This document shows, piece by piece, positions 35,109 to 44,700 of a stretch of 64,000 bases of DNA (position 1 is its first letter; each line of letters starts with the position of its first letter). A program made the translations under genes and the position numbers. Where the stretch lies: assembly GCA_011773465.1 (NCBI GenBank), contig WVXO01000022.1, positions 3,366 through 67,365 of the forward strand. Direction: 5' to 3'. Under the pieces are notes generated by a model, which was given only the letters and a program-made list of their open reading frames with translations, had not been told where the DNA came from and ran no database searches. The stretch is from Candidatus Aminicenantes bacterium (GTDB lineage: Bacteria > Acidobacteriota > Aminicenantia > Aminicenantales > Aminicenantaceae).

Positions 35109-36665
35109 ATGATAAAGATTTTCATAGATAAAGATCCAGTAGAAGTAGAGGAAGGCACGACTGTGTTGAAAGCCGCAGAGCGAGCAGGGATTCACATCCC
35201 TCATCTATGTTATCATCCTGCTTTTCCGCCAGAGGGAAGCTGCCGTATGTGTCTTGTCGAGATTGAGGGTTTTCCCAAGCTTGAGCTGGCTTGCTCAACC
35301 GTGGTGAAAAAAGATATGAAAATCTCGACAAAGAGCGAGAGGGTGGTTGAAGCCAGGAAAGCAGTGTTAGAATTTCTACTGGCAGAACATCCCCTTGATT
35401 GTCCCATCTGCGATAAAGCTGGAGACTGCAAACTCCAGGATTATTACGACGAATACGGACTTTTTGAAAGCCAGTTCAAAGAGGTGAAAGAAAAAAGAGA
35501 GAAAAAATTAAAGATAGGAAAAACCCTCATTCTTGATCAAGAAAGGTGTATCCTCTGCACTCGCTGCGTCCGGTTTCTAAGAGAGGTGACTGAAACGCAG
35601 GAGCTTGGTGTATTTCACCGAGGGGTTCATTCAAGTGTTAATATTTATGATGGGGCTACTGTCGTAAATAACTATGCAGGCAACTTAGCTGAGATCTGCC
35701 CAGTGGGCGCCATCACCGACGAAGATTTCAGGTTTAAGACCCGAAGCTGGTTTTTAGAGAAACGAGAATCCATCTGCCCTCTATGCAGTCGCGGCTGTAA
35801 CATTCTGATCGAATATCACCCGGGTTTTGCTCGCTTCGAGGTGCCAAAAAAAGTCTACAGGATTAAAGCTAGAGAAAATCCTGAGGTCAACGGTTTCTGG
35901 ATTTGTGATCGCGGAAGATATGGCTATTCCTACCTTGAAGAAGGCAGAGCTGATCAAATTATCTTGAATAAAATAGATGGGGAGAATGTGCTTACATGGG
36001 AAAATATCTCCGAGTACCTAGGAGAAAAAATAAAACGCTTATATTCTGCCAAGAAAGCCACAGGAATTGCCTTGATTCTTCATACCTGGCTTTCGAATGA
36101 GGAGCTCTTTCTCGTTCATAAAATCTTTAAAGAAGACCTTAAAGTAGAAAAGATATTCTTTGCCGACCCCCCTCAGATAGAGGCTGACGGATACTTACTT
36201 ACATCAGATCCAAGTCCTAACATAAGAGGGGCTTTAGAAATAGGTTTTGATATCAAAACCGTGGATTTGGATGCCTTGGCTGATGGAACAGATTTTCTTC
36301 TCGCCTTTGGTCCATTTCTTTCCGGACTTTTCAGTTTAGGAGATCTGAAAGAAGCTCTTGATAAGATAAAAGGAAAGGTGCTTTTCTCTTATTATTCGAA
36401 TGAGTTGAATTCTCTGTTCGATATAGTCATTCCGGTGGCTTTGATTGCTGAAAAGGCAGGTTCCTTGACGAATGTGGATGGGATAGTTCAGAGTTTTCAA
36501 CCTGCTTTAGAACCGCCAGGAGAAAGCCTGCCTGAATGGAAAGTGCTGGCTGACCTGGGTAAAAAATTGGGAATAGATTCTAAATTCTTTGAAAAATTCA
36601 CCTCTCCAGACGCAATTTTAGGAGAGATGGGGAAGAAAATTACTTTTTTTCAAGAAAAAGAATGA
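35109..36665 (+). CDS. nuoG: NADH-quinone oxidoreductase subunit G (short, 518 aa)
   Basis: It has an N-terminal 2Fe-2S region (CYHPAFPPEGSCRMCLVEI), HPLDCPICDKAGDCKLQ (His-ligated 4Fe-4S), CILCTRCVRF and an extra CPLCSRGC. The C-terminal molybdopterin-like part is shorter than the usual 700-900 aa proteins. Confidence 0.88.
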   Translation: MIKIFIDKDPVEVEEGTTVLKAAERAGIHIPHLCYHPAFPPEGSCRMCLVEIEGFPKLELACSTVVKKDMKISTKSERVVEARKAVLEFLLAEHPLDCPICDKAGDCKLQDYYDEYGLFESQFKEVKEKREKKLKIGKTLILDQERCILCTRCVRFLREVTETQELGVFHRGVHSSVNIYDGATVVNNYAGNLAEICPVGAITDEDFRFKTRSWFLEKRESICPLCSRGCNILIEYHPGFARFEVPKKVYRIKARENPEVNGFWICDRGRYGYSYLEEGRADQIILNKIDGENVLTWENISEYLGEKIKRLYSAKKATGIALILHTWLSNEELFLVHKIFKEDLKVEKIFFADPPQIEADGYLLTSDPSPNIRGALEIGFDIKTVDLDALADGTDFLLAFGPFLSGLFSLGDLKEALDKIKGKVLFSYYSNELNSLFDIVIPVALIAEKAGSLTNVDGIVQSFQPALEPPGESLPEWKVLADLGKKLGIDSKFFEKFTSPDAILGEMGKKITFFQEKE

Positions 36666-37747
36666 CTGAAACGTTAACTGAAATATTGATTGTCTTCATC
36701 AAGATAGTCTGTGCTCTGGTCTGGTTCCTTCTCCTTACTCTCTACCTGACCTGGCTGGAGAGAAAAGAGAGTGCGCTCATCCAGGATAGGCTTGGCGCGA
36801 ACAGAGCTCCAATCTTTGGAATACGCATCATCGGTCTTTTCCAACCCTTTGCCGACGCTATTAAGATGATTTTTAAGGAAGATTTTGTGCCTTCCTTCTC
36901 CAGAAAATTTCTCCACACACTGGCTCCTTTCATCTCTTTCTTTTTTGTGGCCATCACGATTGCAGCCATCCCTTTCGGAGATATTTTGCGCATTGGAAAC
37001 CGGACTATAAATCTCCAAATACTGGATTTTAACGTAGGGCTTTTATTTATTCTGGCTATGCTGTCTCTGGGAATATACGGTATTATTATCAGCGGTTGGT
37101 CTTCTAATAACAGGTATACTCTCACCGGTGGACTGAGAGGAGCTGCTCAGGTTATTTCTTACGAAGTTGCCCTGGGATTGTCTCTCATAGGCCTGATCAT
37201 GGTCTATCCATCTTTGAGGCTTTCAAGCATTGTCGTCTATCAGGGAGAGCTCCTTTTTGGCTTCCTTCCAAAATGGGGAATTTTTCTCCAACCCCTGGGA
37301 TTTGTTATCTTTCTCTTTGCTGCTCTTGCTGAAACCAAAAGAGTTCCCTTTGATCTTCCTGAAGGGGAATCTGAAATCATAGGATTTTTCACAGAATACA
37401 GTGGGCTAAAATGGGGCCTTTTTATGATGACAGATTTCATGGAAATCATAATTATTTCCACTTTGCTCACTACTCTTTTCTTTGGAGGCTGGCAGGTTCC
37501 CTGGTTGGCTTCGGACGGTTTTCACTTCCCATGGGGAGGAGAATTGTTGCTCCCTCATGTGGTCATTGTTCTCTTTCAGGTCGCAGCTTTCAACATAAAG
37601 GTCTTCTTTTTCTGCTGGCTTCAGATTTTGATCCGCTGGACCTATCCTCGGTTTCGTTATGACCAGGTGATGGATTTAGGCTGGAAATTGCTTGTTCCTT
37701 TAAGCTTGGTTAATATCATCGGAACAGGCATTATTATGACTATTTGA
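36662..37747 (+). CDS. nuoH: NADH-quinone oxidoreductase subunit H
   Basis: A polytopic protein with TWLERKESALIQDRLGANR and E..EGESE..GF.TEYSG motifs. Confidence 0.93.
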   Translation: MTETLTEILIVFIKIVCALVWFLLLTLYLTWLERKESALIQDRLGANRAPIFGIRIIGLFQPFADAIKMIFKEDFVPSFSRKFLHTLAPFISFFFVAITIAAIPFGDILRIGNRTINLQILDFNVGLLFILAMLSLGIYGIIISGWSSNNRYTLTGGLRGAAQVISYEVALGLSLIGLIMVYPSLRLSSIVVYQGELLFGFLPKWGIFLQPLGFVIFLFAALAETKRVPFDLPEGESEIIGFFTEYSGLKWGLFMMTDFMEIIIISTLLTTLFFGGWQVPWLASDGFHFPWGGELLLPHVVIVLFQVAAFNIKVFFFCWLQILIRWTYPRFRYDQVMDLGWKLLVPLSLVNIIGTGIIMTI

Positions 37748-37748
37748 G

Positions 37749-38222
37749 ATGATAAAAGCACTGGGATATTTTATCGAGATTATCAGGGGAATTTTGATCA
37801 CAGCCCGTCATTTTGTTGTGAATTTGTTCTTTCACATCCTGAAAGTTCTGGGGATAAAGACAAAAAGAAAAGGAGCTGTGACCATTCAGTACCCTGAGCA
37901 AAAAAAAGAAATCGTTTCAAGACACCGGAGTTTGCACCGTCTCATGACCAGGCCAGATGGCAAACCTCGCTGTGTAGCCTGCATGCTGTGCGTTACAGTT
38001 TGTCCTTCTGAATGCATATATGTTGAGGCGGCTGAGGATCCTGATCCTGAAATACAGAAATATCCTGCCAAGTTTATCATCGATTTAGGCCGATGCTGCT
38101 TCTGTGGATTTTGTGTCGAGGCCTGTCCGGAGGATGCCATCCGTATGGACACAGGGAATGTCCACTTTGCTCAATACAGCCAACAGGATCTGATTTATGA
38201 CCTGGATAAACTCATCGGATGA
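37749..38222 (+). CDS. nuoI: NADH-quinone oxidoreductase subunit I
   Basis: It has two CxxCxxCxxxCP motifs (CVACMLCVTVCP, CCFCGFCVEACP). Confidence 0.92.
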   Translation: MIKALGYFIEIIRGILITARHFVVNLFFHILKVLGIKTKRKGAVTIQYPEQKKEIVSRHRSLHRLMTRPDGKPRCVACMLCVTVCPSECIYVEAAEDPDPEIQKYPAKFIIDLGRCCFCGFCVEACPEDAIRMDTGNVHFAQYSQQDLIYDLDKLIG

Positions 38223-39070
38223 CAATCGATAGGATTTCCTTAGGTCAGTTTGATATACACGGCTTAAGAGACGGCTTTTTTTTTCTAGATGGGGGGGCTA
38301 TGTTCGGGGTCGTGCCCAAAACTCTCTGGGAAAAGAAATTCCCTGCCGACGAAAAGAACAGGATAAAGCTGGCCTTAAATTCAATCCTGATAAAAGCAGA
38401 AAAAGCATTAATCCTGGTTGAGACAGGAATCGGAGGTGATTTAGACCCGAAATTTTACGATTATTATTCTGTGGAGAGAAAACCTGGACTTGTACTTTCT
38501 CTAGAAAAACTGGGGTACCAGGCTGAGGATATCGATTTTGTCATTAACACCCATCTTCACTTTGATCATTGTGGGGGGAACACTCTTAAGAACGAAAAAG
38601 GGGAAGATGTCCCCACGTTTCCCAAAGCGAGTTACATAATTCAGAAAGGAGAATGGGAGTATGCACTTCATCCCAGCGAAAGAGACAAACCCAGCTACTT
38701 AGAACAAAATTTCCTGCCTCTGGAGAAACACGGGCTCCTTCAGCTTGTAGACGGAAACAAGGAGATCTCAGAGGAAGTCGAGGTCATTGTTGTACCAGGA
38801 CACACATCTCGCCATCAGTGTGTGAAGGCTAGCTCCGAGGGAAAGGTCTTCTTCTTCCTTGGAGATTTGGTTCCGACTTCAGCTCATGTAGGATTGTCTT
38901 ACATCATGAGCTATGATCTCTTTCCTCAGGAGACGTTGGAGAGCAAGAAGAGATATTTTGAGCAGGCTATTGAGGGAGACTGGATACTTGCTTTTAATCA
39001 CGATCCAGAGCACTTTTTTGGCAAGGTCAAAAAGGTAAACAATAAATACACGTTCGAACCTCTCAGGTAG
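38219..39070 (+). CDS. MBL-fold metallo-hydrolase, translationally coupled to nuoI
   Basis: It has NTHLHFDHCGGN (HxHxDH) and a downstream VPGHTSRH. Its ATG overlaps the nuoI TGA (ATGA at 38219-38222). Confidence 0.85.
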   Translation: MTIDRISLGQFDIHGLRDGFFFLDGGAMFGVVPKTLWEKKFPADEKNRIKLALNSILIKAEKALILVETGIGGDLDPKFYDYYSVERKPGLVLSLEKLGYQAEDIDFVINTHLHFDHCGGNTLKNEKGEDVPTFPKASYIIQKGEWEYALHPSERDKPSYLEQNFLPLEKHGLLQLVDGNKEISEEVEVIVVPGHTSRHQCVKASSEGKVFFFLGDLVPTSAHVGLSYIMSYDLFPQETLESKKRYFEQAIEGDWILAFNHDPEHFFGKVKKVNNKYTFEPLR

Positions 39071-39083
39071 GGGCTGGCAAATT

Positions 39084-39104
39084 AAATGGGGCCAGGCCCC
39101 ATTT
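39084..39104 (+). terminator. Family-B hairpin AAATGGGGCCAGGCCCCATTT after the MBL gene
   Basis: It has an 8-bp stem ATGGGGCC/GGCCCCAT, lies 14 nt after the stop and is followed by TTTCTTCC. Confidence 0.5.
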
Positions 39105-39138
39105 CTTCCAGCAAATCCCTATAAATGTTAAATGGTAT

Positions 39139-39159
39139 AAATGGGGCCTGGCCCCATTT
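39139..39159. repeat. Second family-B hairpin (AAATGGGGCCTGGCCCCATTT)
   Basis: This is the same palindrome as at 39084 with the central base inverted, i.e. the opposite orientation, 55 bp downstream. Confidence 0.5.
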
Positions 39160-39196
39160 CTTGTATGAATGATTCATCATACACACATTTTGCCTA

Positions 39197-39230
39197 TTTT
39201 ATGTAGGAGCTTGATTTATCAAGCCCACAA
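39197..39230. repeat. Family-C repeat copy
   Basis: TTTTATGTAGGAGCTTGATTTATCAAGCCCACAA matches the 17797-17828 unit. Confidence 0.55.
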
Positions 39231-39338
39231 TTTTAATAGAGCAATCGAGAAGAAGAGAAAGTCCTGCGTTACCAAGTAATCAATGTTCGGTGTTTGACAA
39301 TTGATATCGGAGTACTGATAATTATTAAAGGAAAAGAT

Positions 39339-39821
39339 ATGAGTTTAAAAGAATACAAGAAGAAAAGAGATTTTAAGAAGACCTCAGAACCTGAAGAAAC
39401 AAAACCAAAGAAGAAATCAGAAGGGCTGATTTATGTTATCCAGGAGCACGATGCTTCTCATCTCCATTTTGATTTACGCTTGGAAGAGGACGGTGTGCTT
39501 AAGAGCTGGGCAATTCCCAAATCGCCTCCTCAGGAAGAGGGAATAAGAAGGCTGGCTGTAGAGACAGAAGACCATCCTTTAGGCTATGAAGATTTTGAAG
39601 GCGTAATTCCTGAAGGACAGTATGGGGCAGGAAAAGTCAAGATTTGGGACAGAGGCGATTATCTTCCCCTTGAGATGACCATATCAAAGAGAATTATAGA
39701 GATAAAGGGCAAAAAAATGCATGGAAGATATTGTTTGATAAAGCTGAAACCCAAAGAGCCAAAAGATAAAAATTGGCTTTTTTTCAGACTTAAAAAAATT
39801 AAAGGAAAGGACGAAAAATGA
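39339..39821 (+). CDS. Stand-alone LigD-type 3'-phosphoesterase (PE) domain protein
   Basis: KKRDFKKTSEP...YVIQEHDASHLHFDLRLE.DGVLKSWA.PK.P......RLAV.TEDHPL.Y..FEG.IP.G.YGAG.V.IWD.G.Y is the LigD PE-domain signature. The start is set at MSLKEYKK (ATG at 39339). Confidence 0.85.
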   Translation: MSLKEYKKKRDFKKTSEPEETKPKKKSEGLIYVIQEHDASHLHFDLRLEEDGVLKSWAIPKSPPQEEGIRRLAVETEDHPLGYEDFEGVIPEGQYGAGKVKIWDRGDYLPLEMTISKRIIEIKGKKMHGRYCLIKLKPKEPKDKNWLFFRLKKIKGKDEK

Positions 39822-39982
39822 AGGAAGATACCGAGAAAATATCGTGTCATGTTTGTAAAAAAATGATCCCCAAGGCAACCGCCCTCCACTCAGAAGGTCA
39901 GGAATATGTCCTCCATTTTTGTAACGTTGAATGCATGGATTATTGGAAAAAAGATAAGGAAAACAAAAAGAAAAAAGAATAA
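39818..39982 (+). CDS. 54-aa CxxC...CxxxC zinc-binding protein (DUF3330/TRASH-like), K-rich tail
   Basis: Its ATG overlaps the PE-domain stop (ATGA at 39818-39821). The translation is MKEDTEKISCHVCKKMIPKATALHSEGQEYVLHFCNVECMDYWKKDKENKKKKE. It is below the ORF-track size cut-off. Confidence 0.5.
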   Translation: MKEDTEKISCHVCKKMIPKATALHSEGQEYVLHFCNVECMDYWKKDKENKKKKE

Positions 39983-40108
39983 ATAGACTGCTTAGCTATA
40001 TTCTCGCTTGAACAAAATGCTTAATGAGCGGAAAATAAAGATAACAATTTCATAACTGAAAGGTCTCTCGCAACGAGAGCTTCAAACTGAATCATAAAGG
40101 GAGGGATC

Positions 40109-40354
40109 ATGGAAGAAGAAATGAAAGAGATGGAGCAGAAAGTTATTGAATTGTGTATCTGCCAAAGCTGCCCGACTTATGTTCAAGGAGCTGATCCTAT
40201 TGGGTATTGTTTTCCGACAATCGGCAAGAATGTAAAGATCACTGAAGAAGATCAATGCATTTGCCCCGGATGTCCGGTTTTTACCCAGGAGTCGCTAACA
40301 AAAACATTTTTCTGCACACGTGGCTCAGAAAAAGAGCAAACAGGGGGTGTGTAA
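40109..40354 (+). CDS. DUF2769-like small Cys-rich protein
   Basis: It has the duplicated pattern C.C..CP.Y......YC and C.CPGCPV......FC..G. AGGGAGG lies 5 nt upstream of the ATG. Confidence 0.65.
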   Translation: MEEEMKEMEQKVIELCICQSCPTYVQGADPIGYCFPTIGKNVKITEEDQCICPGCPVFTQESLTKTFFCTRGSEKEQTGGV

Positions 40355-40565
40355 AAGAAAATTCTAATTTTCAAAACGCTCGCTTCTGCGATGTAGTGAT
40401 TGTGCGTATCTTCTGTTCTGTCTTCTCATATTGATTTATTCAAAAAAGTTACATTCCTGAAACTTTCATCGCCGATATTTCGTATATACAAATGATAGGA
40501 ATATAATAGAGAGAGAATTCTACGTTAGCAAAACATGAAATCACCAAACTCCCGGGAGGAGAAAG

Positions 40566-41780
40566 ATGGCAAAAAAAACTAATAAAACAGGATTAATTGC
40601 CCTAATCGTTCTGGCTTTTTTAATTATTTATGGTTGCAGGGGTCAAGCGCCTGCTAACAGCAAAAGCGAAAAAGAAGAAGATCCGCCTATTCCGGTTGAG
40701 GTCACAGAGGTCATTAAAGGCTCGGTTTCTGCAAATTATTCGGGCACAGCCACGTTGGAGGCTGAAGGTGAAGCATTAGTGGTAGCTAAAGTAAGTGGAG
40801 TTATTGAGAAGATTTTTGTGGAAGAAGGGGATAGTGTTGAAGCTGGACAGGTTCTTGCTAAACTAGAGGACGAGGAATTTATCCATAGACTTGCTCAGGT
40901 AGAAGCAAGATTAGAAGAATTAGCAAACGAGTTCCAGCGCAACAAGGAACTGTTTAAAAACAAGCTCATCAGTGCTGAAGCCTATGATCGGACAAAATAT
41001 GAATACCAGACACAAGAAGCAACCTATGATTTGACAAAGCTCAATCTTAACTACACTGAAATAAAAGCACCCATCAGCGGTATAGTATCCGAGCGTTTTA
41101 TCAAGGTGGGGAACATGGTGACCGTTAATCAAGACACCTTTCGTGTTACAGATTTCGATCCTTTGCTGGCAGTGCTCCATGTGCCAGAAAAGGAATTGAG
41201 TAAGCTTAAGGCAGGATTTCCGGCAGAACTAATGGCTGATGCTATCCCAGGAGAAATATTTTCTGCAGGAATACTGCGTATTAGCCCGGTAATATCAGCA
41301 GAGACAGGCACGTTCAAAGTTACTGTTGCAGTTACAGATGAAACCCGGAAGTTGAAACCTGGCATGTTCACCCGGGTAAATATTGTCTATGACATGCACG
41401 AAAACGCACTACTCCTTCCTAAAGACGCTATCCTCACTGAGGACTCGGAATCAACTGTTTTTATAGTAACAGAAAAGGTTGAAGAAAAATCAGAAGAAGA
41501 AGGGGATCCGGAGAAGACAGAAAAGAAAGAGAAAGCAGAAGCAGCTCCAGAAGAAGAAGGAGAAGAAGAAAAGCCAGGCAATGACTCAAAATCAGAAACT
41601 GATTCTGAACCGAAAGAACCTGTTAAATATTTGGTAGCTTCCAAGAAGGAGATAACAATCGGGTATATCAATTCTACCCATGTTGAGATTCTTTCAGGTG
41701 TAGAGCTTGGCGATGTTGTGGTCACGACCGGCTTAAGCACCTTAAAAGACGGGGCGAAAGTTAAGGTCGTCGAGAAATGA
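40566..41780 (+). CDS. RND efflux periplasmic adaptor (MFP) lipoprotein with 50-aa acidic insert
   Basis: It has a lipobox (IIYGC) and the HlyD/MFP layout: lipoyl-like GVIEKIFVEEGDSVEAGQVLAKL, a coiled-coil hairpin, and TEIKAPISGIVS. A K/E-rich insert lies at residues ~303-353. Confidence 0.88.
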   Translation: MAKKTNKTGLIALIVLAFLIIYGCRGQAPANSKSEKEEDPPIPVEVTEVIKGSVSANYSGTATLEAEGEALVVAKVSGVIEKIFVEEGDSVEAGQVLAKLEDEEFIHRLAQVEARLEELANEFQRNKELFKNKLISAEAYDRTKYEYQTQEATYDLTKLNLNYTEIKAPISGIVSERFIKVGNMVTVNQDTFRVTDFDPLLAVLHVPEKELSKLKAGFPAELMADAIPGEIFSAGILRISPVISAETGTFKVTVAVTDETRKLKPGMFTRVNIVYDMHENALLLPKDAILTEDSESTVFIVTEKVEEKSEEEGDPEKTEKKEKAEAAPEEEGEEEKPGNDSKSETDSEPKEPVKYLVASKKEITIGYINSTHVEILSGVELGDVVVTTGLSTLKDGAKVKVVEK

Positions 41781-44700
41781 AAAATTTAATCAATACTTCA
41801 ATCCGACGCCGAGTTACGGTGTCTATGTTCACCATAGCTATTCTCCTTTTTGGCCTTGTTTCCTTTTCGCGCTTGAAGATCAACCTGCTTCCCGAATTAA
41901 CCTTTCCTACGTTGACCATCAGAACTGAGTATGCTGGAGCAGCGCCGGCAGAGATAGAGAATTTAATCACCAAACCAATAGAAGAAGTGATAGGGGTAAT
42001 TAAGAATGTTCAAAAGATCAGCTCTATCTCTCGGTCTGGCCAGTCAGATGTTATCCTCGAGTTTGGCTGGGGTACTGATATGGATTACGCCATTCTGGAA
42101 GTTAGAGAAAAAATGGATTCTCTTGAGCTTCCGTTGGGTGTCCGTCGTCCCTCTATCCTGCGGTTTGACCCTTCTCTCGATCCAATCATGCGTTTTGGCC
42201 TGTTTCGTGAAAAACCCGAGGAGAGCCAAGAACAGGTTATTGCCGAAGCAAGTAAAACCGAATCGAACGCGGAAAGCGCAGTCTCAGCAGAAGTATTTAA
42301 CGAAGAAGAGCTTAAATACCTGAGGCGCTTTGCAGACGAGCAGGTAAAAAAAGAGCTTGAAGTAGCGCTGGGTGTGGCTGCCGTTAGAATAAGCGGAGGG
42401 CTGGAAGATGAGATACAGATCTTTATCGACCAGATGAAGGTGGCGCAGCTTAAGCTTTCGATAGGGACAATATCCAGTATTCTTCGTGCTGAAAACGTGA
42501 ATCTCTCCGGGGGTCGGTTGGAAGAGGGTACTCACCAATTTCTGGTCCGTACCCTGAACCAGTTTCAATCCGTCGAAGAAATAGGGGATGTGATAGTCGC
42601 CCAAAAAAATGGTGCTCCCATCTATTTGCGGGATATCGCTGCTGTTCGTCACGGATTCAAGGAACGTCAGGCTGTTACACGTATGAGAGGCACTGAAGCG
42701 GTGGAGATAGCAATTTACAAGGAAGGTGACGCGAACACAGTTGCAGTTGCTCGTGAAGTTGATAAAAGACTTAGCCGAATTAGACGAACACTGCCGTCAC
42801 GTTTAAAATTGGTTAAAGTCTATGACCAGTCGACTTTCATCCAGCAAGCTGTCAATGAGGTTATTAATGCAGCTATTATTGGAGGCCTTCTTGCTATTTT
42901 TATTCTCTATTTTTTTCTTCGCAAATTCTTGGCAACGCTTATAATATCACTCTCCATTCCGATCTCAGTTATCGCCACGTTTAACTTGATGTATGGCGCT
43001 GACCTCTCTCTAAATATTATGTCTCTGGGGGGAATAGCACTAGGCATCGGTATGCTTCTTGATAATTCGATCGTTGTTTTGGAGAATATCTCCCGCCACA
43101 GAGATCAAGGGAAAAATGTTCTCTCGGCTGTCAGCGATGGTGCTGGTGAGGTGGGAACTGCGGTGACTGCTTCAACGCTTACCACAATAGCCGTGTTTTT
43201 TCCTCTGGTTTTCGTCAAGGGAGTCGCAGGACAGCTTTTCCGTGACCAAGCGTTAACCATAACATTCGCCCTTATGGTCTCCCTTTTAGTTGCTCTTACT
43301 TTAATTCCGATGATGGCTTCTCTTGAGGGTAGAAGAAGAGAAATCATAAAACCTCAAGAGATAGGAAAACCTCGCAAAGGAATCAGAAAATTATTAAGAA
43401 ACATCCGAAAGTTTATTTTTACTACTATTCCTGTTTTCCTCTTTAAGCTCGTTTTTAGATTATCCCGCATAATCTCACGAGTTTTCCTTTTCCTTTTGAA
43501 ACCGTTCTTAAACACTTTTTCCAAAGGTTATGCAATCGTAGAAAAGCGCTACCTTCCTTTTCTACGTTGGGCGTTGGGACACAGAGGAATTGTCCTTGTC
43601 GTTGCTGCAGGATTTTTCCTTATCACCCTGCTCTTGATTCCCAAGCTGGGTATAGAGTTGATACCCCAGCTTTCCCAGGGAGAATTCAGGATAGAATTTC
43701 GTCTGCCACCCGGAACACCTCTGGAAAGAACCGATCAAACCATTGCTGCCGTTCAAAGATCAGTCAACGAGATTGAAAACGTTAAAATGAGTTTTTCAGT
43801 TGCTGGAAGCGGGAACCGTTTTGATACGAATCCCGAGCATGGTGGCGAAAATTGGGGAGAGCTGAATGTGGCCATGGCTCCAGGCTCTTCTCGGATGAAT
43901 GAAGAACAGGCCATGACTGAGATTAGAGGGGGCTTAGAAAATTTGCCAGGCCTGCAGTATAAGTTTTATCGACCGACATTATTCACCTTTAAGACACCAA
44001 TCGAGATTGAGATTGCAGGATATGATCTAAAAAAGCTAAAAAGGGTTAGTGATGAGATAGTGGAGCAGATGAGATCCATAGAACGTTTTGCCGATGTGAA
44101 ATCATCGATGGAAAAGGGACACCCAGAGATCCAGATACATTTTGATCGTGAAAGAGCATCTGCCCTTGGCCTGAATGTTTATGAGATTGCAGATCGAGTT
44201 GTTAAGAAGGTACGGGGAGAAGTAGCAACAAGGTATGCCTGGCATGACCGGAAGATTGATGTCTTGGTTCGTGTGAGCGAGGAAGACAGAGCCTCGATCA
44301 GCGATATACATGACTTAATCATCAATCCAGAAAGCGAACGGCCAGTTCCTCTAGACGCAGTCGCAAATATTCTCGTTGGCACAGGCCCGGACGAGATTCG
44401 CCGAGTGGACCAAGAAAGGGTCGCCCTTGTTTCAGCAAACTTGACCTACGGGGACCTTGGTACGGCTGCAAGAGAGCTAGCTGGAATAATTAATAACATG
44501 GATCTTCCAGAGGACATCGCCGCCAGTGTCTCAGGACAGAATGAGGAAATGGAGGTCTCGTTCCGCTCTTTACAGTTTGCTCTGCTTTTGGCTGTTTTTC
44601 TGGTTTATCTGGTTATGGCATCACAGTTTGAGTCCTTCCTTCATCCCTTTGTGATCATATTTACCATACCTTTAGCTTTCATCGGTGCTGTTTTTGCCCT

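Noticed and set aside
40063-40085. Short hairpin (CTCTCG-CAA-CGAGAG) upstream of the DUF2769 gene as a possible riboswitch or attenuator
   Set aside because: It is only a 6-bp stem with no flanking conserved structure or U-run. It cannot be tied to any known RNA family by eye.
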